Part shown: positions 34,201 through 44,739 of the stretch, piece after piece | Numbering within the stretch: the stretch's first letter is position 1 | How the letters are laid out: each line of letters begins with the position of its first letter | Source: Scenedesmus sp. PABB004 | Lineage: Eukaryota | Reading direction: 5' to 3' | Assembly: GCA_014905635.1 (NCBI GenBank) | Contig: JABVCE010000031.1 | Coordinates: 1 to 64,000 of the forward strand | DNA length: 64,000 nucleotides | Program-made: the position numbers and the translations under genes | The notes under the pieces: model-generated | The model's database searches: none | Told to the model about the DNA's origin: nothing | What the model saw: the letters and a program-made list of their open reading frames with translations, nothing else

Positions 34201-34951
34201 CCTCGCGGCCGCGCTTGATGGCGCGGAGACCTGCTCGGCCACAGCTGCCGCGTGAGGGGCCGCCAGCCCGCTCGGCTGCCGCTCAGCCACAGCCGCCTGC
34301 CCTGCAGGCGGCTGCTCAGCTGCCGGTCGCTCCGGCGCCGCCGCTGGCTCCGTAGGCAGCCGCTCTGCCACCGGCGCCGGCACTGCCGCCGCCTGCTCCA
34401 CCACTGGCAGCTCGGGCGCCACTGCCAGCTCCTCGCCTGCAGGATGCCCCGGTGCTGCAGGCGCCTCGGCAGCTGCCGGCGGCGCTACCGCAGGCTCTGC
34501 AGCTGCTGACGCCGGCTCCGCGGCGGCTGGCGTCAGCTCCAGCGCCGCCGGCTCGGGCGCCGCCAGGCCCTCCTTCATCAGCCGGCGCTGGCCCCCGCCG
34601 TCGGGCGTGTGCAGCTGCTCGTCCGCCTCTGTGCACGCCCGCAGCACGTCAGCCTCCCGAATCCGCAGGCTGCCCGCCAGCTCGTGCGCCGCAGCCTCCA
34701 GCGATGCCCGCTCCCCGGCGCCTGCGCGTGCAGCGGCGGCGGCGGCGAGCCCTGAGTCGATGCCCCGGCAGCACGCTGCCCCAGGCAAAGCTGCCAAGGC
34801 CGCCGCGCTCACCTGCGGGCCGCGACTGCAGCGCGCGCGAGCAGGCAGCGGCCAGCCAGGCTGGCGCCCGCGGCTCAGCGGCGGCGCCATGCAGCGCCCC
34901 GGCAGCGAGCAGGAGGAGCAGCGACAGTGATGCCTGCGTCCTGATCGCCAT
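31295..34951 (-). CDS. Secreted tyrosinase (type-3 copper protein) with N-terminal pro/low-complexity region and C-terminal domain
   Basis: CuA: AGIHG..GFCRHNSEAFGPWHRPY; PYWD; NPL. CuB: NLELFHNNVHNSVGGDM..WDPLFW|LHHVNVDRL. GYAY (YxY) motif; signal peptide MAIRTQASLSLLLLLAAGALHG. Exon structure at 33820-34200 is uncertain. Confidence 0.9.
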
Positions 34952-35496
34952 GGCGGTCACGCAGCGCGCCTGCGCACGCGGCCGCGGCCCTCCCGCGGAG
35001 CTTGCTGCACGGGCGCCCTGGCCCGCGCGCACGGGGCCCGAGAAGCTCCGCTGGCAGGCCAAAGCTGTACGTTGTCTCGTACGAAGCTGACACACAACTG
35101 CATGGCCCGTCTGAGGGCCAGCCGGCGCGACACGTCTCGGACTTGTCCGGAGCGGATTGCGCGCTGCTGCCGACGCGCCTGCGCTGCTCCGCCCAGCTCG
35201 GCGGGCTATCCAGAGCCGAGAGCTGAGAGCGTGCGAGCAGCGGTAAGGCCCCACAGGCGCGGGAGTGGGCGGCCAGGGCCGAGGCGGTCGGCCAGCAGTT
35301 GCACTGCCGCGCCTGGCTCCGTCCCACGCGCAGTGATGGCTCAGGCTCAACAATCACTCCCGCATACGTCTGTAGCCGCGCGCGCCAGCCGCGCCGGCGA
35401 TCGCCGCCGCCGCCGCCGCGGCGCCGCCGCCGCAAGTGTCGCCGCTGCCCATCGCCACACAGTCTGCACAGCTCGCTCCCCCCAAGTTCAACGGTC

Positions 35497-36151
35497 TCAG
35501 GCCTGATCGCGCGCCTGCGGGCGGCGGCCGTGGGGTCAGCGCAGGCCAGCGCGCAGCGACTGAGTGGCCGGGTGTGAACGCACCTTGACCGGCGACTGCA
35601 GGACGTCGCAGCGCAGCGGCGCCGGCGCCTTGGCCTCCGGCGCCGCGTGCGCCGGCGTGGCGTCGCGCCCGCTCTCAAGCAGAACGCGGCGGCCGCCCTG
35701 CGGGCGCGGCGGCAGGCCGGCAGCGAACGCGTGAGCGCGCACACCCGAACCCCACGAGCAGGGACGGGCGGCGGGCGGCGGACGGCCGCCGCCGAGCGGG
35801 CCGCGCCGCGGCGCACCTGCGCCGCCGGCGCCGCCAGGCCTGGGGTCGTCTGCGTCGCGACCGACGCCAGGTGCGCCGGCAGCGGCGGCGTGGCCGCGCC
35901 GCCGCCGCCGCCGCCGCCCCGCACCACCGCCGCGGCCGGCCCCTCCTCGTCGTCCTCGTCCGAGGCCAGCAGCGCGAGGCGCTGCTCGAAGCTGGTCAGG
36001 CCGCTCGCGCTCGCCGCCGCCGCCGCCGCGAGCTGCGCGGTGGTGTCGTAGTCTGCGGCGGTGGGGGCATCGATGAAACCAAGGTCTGACAGCGTCGGGC
36101 TCACCAGCCGCACGCCAGCCGAGCGCAGCGCGGCGGGCGGCGAGGCCTCGG

Positions 36152-36183
<32 letters not shown>

Positions 36184-39100
36184 TGGGGCGCGGGGCGCCC
36201 CGCCCCGCCGCTCGTCGCTGCCACGGCGGCCGCGGGGCTGCGTGCGGGGCTGCTGCAGGCGGGGCTGGCCAGAAGCTGCTGGAGCAGGTCCGCCTGCTGC
36301 TCCCCCGCCGCCTCGGCGGCCGGCGGCGGCGCGTCAAAGCCCGCAAACGCCACGCCGCCGCTGGCCGCCTCGGCGGCGTCGCCACCGCGGGCCGCCGTGT
36401 GCTGCAGGCCGGTGAAAAAGGCGCTGCTGCCCGCCGCGCCGCTGCCGCCGGGCGAGGCAAAGGTGCCCTCGGGCGTGCGCCACTGGCTGCTGCCGCCGCT
36501 CGCGGCGGGCGCTGCCGGCTGCTGCTGCGGCGGCGGCGGCGCGCCGGCCGCGGCGCCGCCCTCGGCGCCCGCACAGCTGGCCGGCGAGTCGCCCAGCGCC
36601 ACGTGCGGCGCGGCCGCTGAGGTGGCGCAGCTGCTGGGCGTGGCGCTGCCGCTCGCCGCGCGCGAGCCGCCCGCCGCCGCCCCGGCGGCGGCGCTGGCAG
36701 CGCCGCCCGGCGTGGGCCTGGCGCTGGTCGGCGAGTCGCCCAGGCTGATGGCACGCGCCTGGCCCCCGCCGGGCGCGGCGCCCCGCGGGCCCGCCGCCGA
36801 GGACGCGCCGCAGCTGGCCGCCGGCGCGCCGCCCGCCGCCGCGGTGGCTGCGGACCCCGCCGCCGCCGCCCAGCTGCTCAGGGAGGGGTCGGCGGCGCTG
36901 CCGCTCTGCGTGCCGTCGCAGCTCACGCCGTCCGACGCGCCGCCGCCGCCGCCGCCGAGCGCCGTGCTGCTGCAGGTCACGGTGCCGGCCGGCACGTCAC
37001 TGAGCTGGTGGCCCCGCGGCGAGGCGGCCACGGGCGCCGCGCGCTGGCGCGCCTGGCCGCCGTCCGCCGCGGCCTCATCCTCCCCGCCATCATCAAAGAG
37101 CTCGTCCTCCCCGCCATCAAAGAGCTCGTCCGGCGCCACGCTCGGCGACAGCAACACCGACTCGGCGCCCGCGTTGAGCGCTGCGCCGGGCGTGACGGGG
37201 CTCCCGCCGGGCTCCTGCCCCGCGCCGCCGCCCGGCGCGCCGCCCGGCGTGGCCGGCGGCGCGGCCGCCTCGGCGTCCGCACCGCCCGTCGGCGCCTGCT
37301 GCGAGGCGGCGGCGGGCAGCGACGCGCTGCGGTCCAGGTGCCGCGCCAGTTGCTCCGCCAGCTGGCGCGCCGCCGCGCGGCTGTTGCCCAGCCCCGCCAG
37401 CAGCGCGACGTCGGGCGAGCCACGCCCCGAGCCGGCCTCGCTGCAGGCGCTGCCGGGCGTCGGGCAGTCGGGGCGCGGCGGCAGCGACGCGAGCACGCCC
37501 GACACGCTGCGCGGCGTGCCGCCCTGCCCCGCGCGCATATAGCTGGCCAGGCTGCCATCGCTGTCACTGCGCTCGAGCCCACCATCGTGGCCCCCCAGCG
37601 CCGCGAGTGCGGCGCCCAGCTCCGGCGACCCCTCGCCCGCCGCGCCGGCGGCCGCGGGCTGCAGGCCGGTGGCCGCGGGGCCCTCGCCCGCCGCCGCGCT
37701 CGCGGACGCGGCCGCCTGGGCGATGGCGCGCCGCCGCAGGCGGTCAATGCCGCCGCACGAGCTCGCTGCGCTCAGGCTGGCGGCGCGCCCGGCCGACGGC
37801 GCGCCGGCGGGCGAGCGCGCGCGCGCGGCCCCCTCGTCGGCCGCCGCCGCGGGCTCCCCCGCGGCGGCGGCCGGCTGCGCGTCGCCGCAGGGCGAGGGCG
37901 CCTCGGGCGTGGCCAGGCCCAGCTGGCGGCGCAGCTGCTGCACCTGCAGCGTGCCCGCCGCGCAGCGGCTGCGCAGCTCGCGCATCCACTCGGGCGTCAT
38001 CTGCCGCAGCGCCTCCGGCGGCAGCACCTCCCCCGGGCTCAGCACGCCGGCGGGGCCCAGGCTCGCGAGCAGCGCGGCCGCCGTCGCCGCCAGCTCCGCC
38101 GCGCCCTCGCCCTCGTCGCTGGCGCCGGCCGGCGGCGCGCTGCGCAACGCCGGCGGCGTGACCGTGTCGGCGGGCGGCGCCCAGCCGCCCGCTGCATCGC
38201 CCTCCTCCGGCCGCGCCTTGGATTCGCGCGATGTCGCGTCGTCGGCCGTCGCGGGGCTGACGAGCGCCGCCAGGCCCGCCGCCGCTGCGGCGAGCGCCTT
38301 TTGGTGCGCCACCAGCGTCGGCGTCGCGAACGACGGCGTCAGCAGCGACCGGCACTGCCCGGGCGCCGCGCCGGCGCCCGCATGCGGCGGCGGGCTGTCG
38401 CCGCCGATTGCGCCGCTGGGCTGCACCCAGTTGGACGCGCCGCCCTCGGCGCCCACGGGCGTGCCCGCCAGCTGCAGCGGCAGCGGGCTGACCTGCGCCG
38501 CGCCGGCCGCGCCGGGGCGCACCGCCGACTGCACGTCCGCGGTCGCCCGGAGCGGCGCAAAGCTGCTCCGCGTCGCGCCGCCGCCCGCGCCGGCCTGGAG
38601 CGCGGGCTGCTGGCGGTGCGGCGCGCCGCCCGCCGAAGACGCGGCGGAGCCGGGCGTGTCGGCCAGCGCCTCGGCGAGCCGCTCCCGCATGCGTGCCTCC
38701 TGCTCCGACAGCCAGGCGCGGCCCGCGTTGGGCGTCTCGCCGGTCGCCGGAGCGGCACAGCTGCCGGCCGCGCTGCCGGCGCTCGCGGCGCCGCCGTCGT
38801 CGTCCGCCGCCGCCGCCGCCGCCGGCGTGCCCGTGCCGGCCGTGTCTTCCGCCTGACTGCCGGCGTGCTGCTGGGCGGGGCTCATGCCGTATTCCAGGCT
38901 CACGCTCTCAGCGTCAGCGATGAGCTGATCCAGGCTGTACGTCTCCCGCGACCGCGACGAGCCGCGGCTCGCCGAGCCGGCCGCAGCGGCGGCGCCAGGC
39001 TCCGCGGTGGGGGCGGCACCGGCGGCGGCGCCGCCGCCGAACGCCGGCGGCTCCGCGCCGCCGGCGCCGCCCGCGCTCTCGCCTGGGCTGGCGGCCATCG

Positions 39101-41813
39101 CGGGCGGGCGCTCCTGCTCCTCCGCGCCGCCCGCGCCGAGGCACGGGAACGTGAACTCCGCGTGCGCTGCCGCTGCAGCCTTGGCCGCCGCGCCGCCTGC
39201 GGGCGCGCTGGTGGGCCGCGCGCGCGGCGGGCAGCTGCCCCCGGCGCTGCCCGCGCTGCCGGCGACGGGCGAGGCCCGCCCGCTGCCGCGGCTGCTCGAG
39301 CCGCGGCTGCCGCTGCCGCCCGGCTGCTGCAGGATCGAGCTGCCGGTGCCCAGCCGGCCCGCGCTGCCCAGGGCGTGCGCGCCGCGGCTCGCGCTGGCGG
39401 ACGCGGAGCGCGCGCCCGGCGGGGCGGCGGCGCCGCCCAGGCTCACGCGCAGCTGGCCAGCGATGTCGGCGAGGGCCGACTTTGCCCGGCTGATCTCCTC
39501 GCGCAGGCCCCGCTGCTCCGCCTGCACGTGCTGCAGCTCGCTGCTCGCCGCGCGCAGCTGGATCTGCTGCGCCGCCTGCTGCCCCGCGCAGGTGCTGAGC
39601 GCCGCCGCCGCGGCCGCCAGGATGGGCGACACCGGCTCCAGCGCCGCGCCGGCCGTGGCCGCGGCCGCGGCGCAGCCGCCAGGGCCCGCCGCAGAGGCGC
39701 CGCTCCCGGGCGTCGCGGGGAGGCCGGACCGCGAGCAGCCCTTGACCGGCGTCACAAAGCTGGCAGCCGGCTCGGGCGCCGCCGGCGCGCCCGCCGCAGG
39801 CGTGGGCCCGGGCGTCGCCGCGTCGCCGCCCGGCGCCAGCGCAGGCGTGTCCTGCGCGCCTGCCGGCGTGGCCCCGTCGGCGCGGCCGCGCTGCTGAAGG
39901 GCGGCAATGAACGCCTGCGCCTGCTCCAGGCGCTGCGCCAGCTGGCGCTTCTCCTGCGCCAGCGACTGCACGGCCTGCGGGCCGGGCGGCGGCGGCGGCA
40001 GCGGCGAGGCAGCGCTCGCTCGGCGCCGCCGGCCGCTGCTGCTCGCGTGCGCATCCACCCCTGCCCCCGTGAAACGCGCGCTGCGCACCTGCTCAGCGTC
40101 GGCCACGCGCGCGAGCAGCGCGCGCGCCTCGCGCCGCTTAGCGGGTGGCGTGGCCTGCACCGTCGCCTGCAGCTCGTACAGGGCCTCGTGCGCCTCGCGA
40201 AGCGCCGACGCCAGGGCCTCGTTGTCGCCCGCCAGCCGGCGGTAGCTGCGGCGGGCGGCGGCGTGTGGCCCGTGGACAGGCGCCGGCAGGCGCGGCCCCC
40301 CGCTGCGCTGCGGCGCGGCGCACGCGCGTGTCGCGCTCACCGGTCGCGCAGGGCGCCATAGTCGTCAGACAGCAGGCCGTAGCGGTGGCTCAGCCGCCCC
40401 GCGTGCTCCAGCAGCGAGCCCGTGAGGCGCTGCTGCGCCGCCTTCTCCTCCTGCAGCGCCGCGTGCGCGTCCTGCGCGCGGCGCCGCCGCGTGTGGGGCG
40501 GGCGGTTCGCAGCAACGCCGCGCGGCGCGCCCGCGGGCCGGCGCGCGCCGTGCCGCGACGCACCACCAGCCTGGCGCAGAGCTCCGCATGCCGCGCGCCC
40601 GCCGCGGGCGCCGCCTCCAGCTGCTGCCGGATGGCCGCCAGCTCGCTCTGCACGCGGCCCTTCTCCTGCAGCACCACCTCAAGCTTTTCGGTCGCGGTGC
40701 GCGCCGCCTCCGCGGCCGCCGCGACGCCCGCCTCGGCCGCCGCCAGGCGCTGCGCCTCCACCGCCCGCTCCGCGTCGCCTGCGTCTGGACGCGCCGCCTT
40801 GACGGCAGAGAGCTGCTCCTGCGCCTCGCCGAGCTGCCGGAACGCCGCGAGGTGTTGCTCCTGCGCCCCAGCGCGGCGGGCGGCCGCGTCGGCCCGGCAC
40901 GGCGCCGCGGCGGAGCGGGCGGAGCCCCAGCCTGCCCGCCCGCTGCGCGCTGGCCCGCTGCGCGCTGGCCTGCTGTGCTCTGGCCCGCTGCGCGCTGGTC
41001 CCGCGGCCCACCCGCACCTCGTACACGCCCGACAGGCGGCGCGTGTCGTCCGCGCGCTGCAGCGCGATGACCGCGCGCGCCTGCACGCCGTCGGTCCAGG
41101 GCCCGTCGCCGCCGCCGGGCGCCGCGCGCAGCGCCTCCAGCTCGGCGATCTGCTCCTGCATGCGCGCGTTGTCTGCCGCCAGGCTCAGGTTCTCCTCCTC
41201 CTGCGGCCGGCGGCGCGGCGCGGCGCATGCGGGCGGGCCGGCATCCGTGTGAGCGGGCGCGGCCGGCGGCGGGGGCGGCGGCGGCGCGGGGCGTGCTCGC
41301 GCGGCGCTCGTGCTGGTGCGCTGCTGCTGCGTCACCAGCATGGCGTAGGTGATCGCGTTCTCCTCTGCCTCGTGCGCGGCGAGCTCGAGCTCCGCCTCGC
41401 GCAGCGCGTCGAGCTGGCGGCGCAGGCGCTTGCTGTCCGCCGCCGCGGCCGCGAGCGCGGCGATGTCCTTTGCCGCCGGCGTGGGCAGCGCCACGCCGGA
41501 CGCCTCGAGCCAGGCGTGGAGGTTGGGCAGCGGCGCCGCCGCGGCGCCGCGCGAGTCTGCGGCGCGGCGGCGCGCGGGCTCAGCGCGCTGCTGCCGCAGC
41601 GCCCGCCGCACGGGCTGCTGCGCGCGGTCGCGTGTGGCCTAAACCTGGCGTGGCTTCGCCCGCCGCCTTCATCGCCTCCTCAACGGCGTGCACCATCGAC
41701 GCGCACTCGTGCGGCGTGCCAGGCGTTGTCGGCGGCGGCGTGCCGCCAGCGTGCGCGCCGCCCGGCCGCGCCGCCGCCGGCGTGGCCGTGCAGGGGGCGG
41801 CGGCGTCCCGCAT
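35497..41813 (-). CDS. Large hypothetical protein: N-terminal coiled coils plus very long S/P/A-rich disordered region
   Basis: Heptad exons at 40090-41520 and one ~4.2-kb exon at 35817-39974 rich in SP/TP sites. Predicted end VLQSPVK|ARDQA*; start codon uncertain. Confidence 0.6.
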
Positions 41814-42259
41814 CCCGCTCACGCCTGCGCGCGCCGCGGAGAGCGGCAGCGTCGGCGGGCGGCGTTGTGAGCAGCTCGCCGCGCCGAGCTCGCCGCGCCG
41901 CCTTTCGCCCCGTAGTCCATCCCCTGTCACGCCTGCAGCCCGTTGCTTGCCTGGAACGTCCACCGGGCGCCGCCCGGGGCTGTGCTGGGCGCCGCGCTCT
42001 GCGTCGTCGACCATGCGCCGTGGGACCGGCCTCCCTGCGCCGAGCTGCGGCCGCGCCAGACCACGCCCCGTCGCCAGCGCGCGCGCAGCCACGGATCTGC
42101 TGCCCGCGGGGGCAAGCATGGCCAGCGCTGGTGCGGCTGCGATTCAAGCGGCCGTCAGTGACACTTCTGCTCGGGCGTTCGCGTTCGCACCCCTCGCGCG
42201 TCGCACGTGAATAGCAGACGCGCGGCCTCGTCCCCACGCTCCAGCGAAGGCCTGCTGCC

Positions 42260-42959
42260 ATGCGCGTCGCCGCCGCGCTGCCGCCGCTGCTGCTGCTGCT
42301 CTGCGCTGCGGGCCTGGCCGCCGCCGTGCGGGAGGCGGAGCCGCAGATCATCCAGGACCAGGAGACGGTGGCCTTTGCATCGGCGGCGGCAGGCGCGTCG
42401 CCGCCGCGCGCCGCGCACGCGCACGCCCGCGGGAACAGCGGGCGCCGCTGGCTCCTCCTGCCGAGCGCGCCGCCGCGCCCGCCACGCGCCGCCGCCGCCG
42501 CCGCCGCCGCCGCCACAGAGATGGAAGCCTGCCCAGAGCAGCCGCTGGGTGTGGGGCGCGGCGGCGGCGCAGCAGCAGCCAGCAGCGCGGGCGGCGGCCG
42601 GGGCCAGGGCCCGGCCGGCCCCCGGCGAGGCGCGCCGCCAAGGCGCGCCGCCGCCGCACCCCGCGCCCGCAGTCGACGGCGTGCCGCGCAACGCCTGGCC
42701 GGAGCTGGTCGGCAAGACGCCCAAGGAGGCGCGCGCGGTGCTCGAGACGGACGCACCGGGCTTCGCAGTGCAGGGTGCGGCCGCCGTGGCGCGCAGCGTG
42801 CGGCGATGCGCGCGGGCCAGCGTGAGGCTGCCGCCGCTGCCGCCGCCGCGCGCAGTGATCCCGGCCGACCACATGGCGACCGCCGACTTCGTGTGCACGC
42901 GCATCCGGCTCTGGCTCGGCGAGGACGGCCGCGTGGCCCGCCCGCCGCGCATCGGCTGA
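42260..42959 (+). CDS. Secreted potato inhibitor I (I13) family serine-protease inhibitor
   Basis: Signal peptide; AWPELVGKT..EARAVL; spliced VQVIPADHMATADFVCTRIRLWLGEDGRVARPPRIG*. Apparent frameshift near 42480-42520. Confidence 0.88.
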
Positions 42960-43324
42960 GCCGGCGGCGTGGGGGAGCGCGCTCTTGCGGCCGCGGGGGG
43001 CTCGGACGCGCCCCGGCACGCGCGGCTGTTGCAACAACAGCGTCGTCGGCGGCGCAACGGTCGCCAGGCAGCTCGTGCATTCATCAGCAGCCCCGCCGCC
43101 CTGCCCAGCGATTCCACCGACACCGCCGTGGCGACGCATTCGCTCGCCAGCCTACGCCCCATCTCCGACAGCTCTCCCCCGCGCGCTCGTCCGCGCCTCT
43201 GGCAGCGCCAGCAGCTCACGCGCGCGCATTCCACCGGCGGAATCAGGCGGCGCATCAGCCGCCGCTCGCCGCTGCCCGCGCCGCCGCTGCCCGCGCCGCC
43301 GCTGCGGGCGTCGCCGCTGTCGCC

Positions 43325-44213
43325 ATGTCGAGCGAGGACCTCACCACCTACACCTTTGCGCTGCCGGACGGCCGCGCGATCGCGTACGCGGTGCACGGCC
43401 TGCCGCTCAACTCCCACGCGCCCGCGAGTGAGGTCGTCCTCTATCACCACGGCTGGCCGTCCTGCCGCTTCGAGGCCGCGGCGCTCAGCGGCGTCGCCCA
43501 GAACCTGGGCTGGCGCATCATCGCGCCTGACCGGCCCGGAATCGGCGGCAGCGCGTGGGCCGAGAGTGAGCGGCGCGTGGCGCGCGCCGCGCGCGCCGCG
43601 CGCCGCCGCACGCGCGCCGCCCCTCGAGCCCCGCGCCGCCCCTCGCGCCCTGACGCGCCGCACCCGTCAGTCACGTACGAGTCGTGGGCGGCCGACGTGG
43701 CCGCGCTCATGGACAGCCTCGGCGTGGGCGCGGCGGTCCAGATGGGCACGAGCGGCGGCGCGCCGTTTGCCTGCGCCTGCGCGCGCTACCTCCCGCCCGC
43801 GCGCACGCGCGCGCTGGTCACCGTCGCGGGCATGACCGCGACCAACGGCGACCCCGAGGTCGCGCCGCTGGCGGCGCGCATGCACTGGATCGACCGCGCG
43901 CGGTCGGCGCTGCTCGACGCGAGCCCCGCCGCGCTGCGCGCGAGCCTCGTCGCGGCGTGGCCGCTCATGGCGCTCTGCCCGACGCCGATCGCGGCGCTCG
44001 GCGCGGTGCTGCCGCCGGGCGCGCGCGACGCGGTCGCGCGCGCCGCGCTGTCCGTGGGCTGGGCGCCGGCGGACCGCGCGCTGCTGCTGGGCAACCCGGA
44101 CCTCATGCTGCGCCTGCTGCCGGCGACGATGGGCGAGGCGGTCGCGCAGGGCGTGGCGGGGCTGCAGCGCGACATCACGATCACGAGCCGGCCGTGGGGC
44201 TTCGACCTCAGGC

Positions 44214-44256
<43 letters not shown>

Positions 44257-44511
44257 GGCGCGCGGGGGCTGCCCGGCCGGCGCTCACCCCGCACCGCGCC
44301 GTGCCACGCGCCGCGCAGCGACGTCAAGGCGCCGGTCGTGCTGGTGTTCCAGGGCACGGAGGACATCAACGTGCCGCGCGAGATGGCGGAGCACCTCGCG
44401 GCGCGGCTGCCCGGCGCGCGCGCGGTCTTTTACGACGGCGAGGCGCACCTCTCGCTGCTCTTCAACCGCGCCGGCGAGATGCTGACCACGCTCGCGGACG
44501 CGCTCAAGTGA
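43325..44511 (+). CDS. Alpha/beta-fold hydrolase (3 exons)
   Basis: LPDGRAIAY, HHGWPSCRFE, IIAPDRPGIGGS, GTSGG (nucleophile Ser), PWGFDL, QGTEDINVP (Asp), GEAHLS (His); TGTAA at 44652. Confidence 0.93.
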
Positions 44512-44739
44512 CGCGCTCGAGAGTGCGCCCGGCGCGCTCGCCGTTTTTGATGACGCCGACGGGGCTTGACTCGTTTGACCCGGGCGTTGACTCGGGGTTT
44601 GACTCGAACGCACGACGCAAACGCACGGCCGGCGCAGCGTGGGCACGGGCATGTAACACAACGGCACTCAGCAAGGGGCCCGCCGGCCCAAGCGCCGCGG
44701 CCGCGAACGGGCCGCGCGAGCAGCGGCGACGCAGCAGTC

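Noticed and set aside
40938..41000. 15-bp tandem repeat cccgctgcgcgctgg, about 4 copies
   Set aside because: Short intronic slippage repeat with no further structure.
26107..44511. Biosynthetic or defence gene cluster (fasciclin, SDR, tyrosinase, inhibitor, hydrolase)
   Set aside because: No scaffold-forming enzyme or shared pathway logic; unrelated genes are interspersed.
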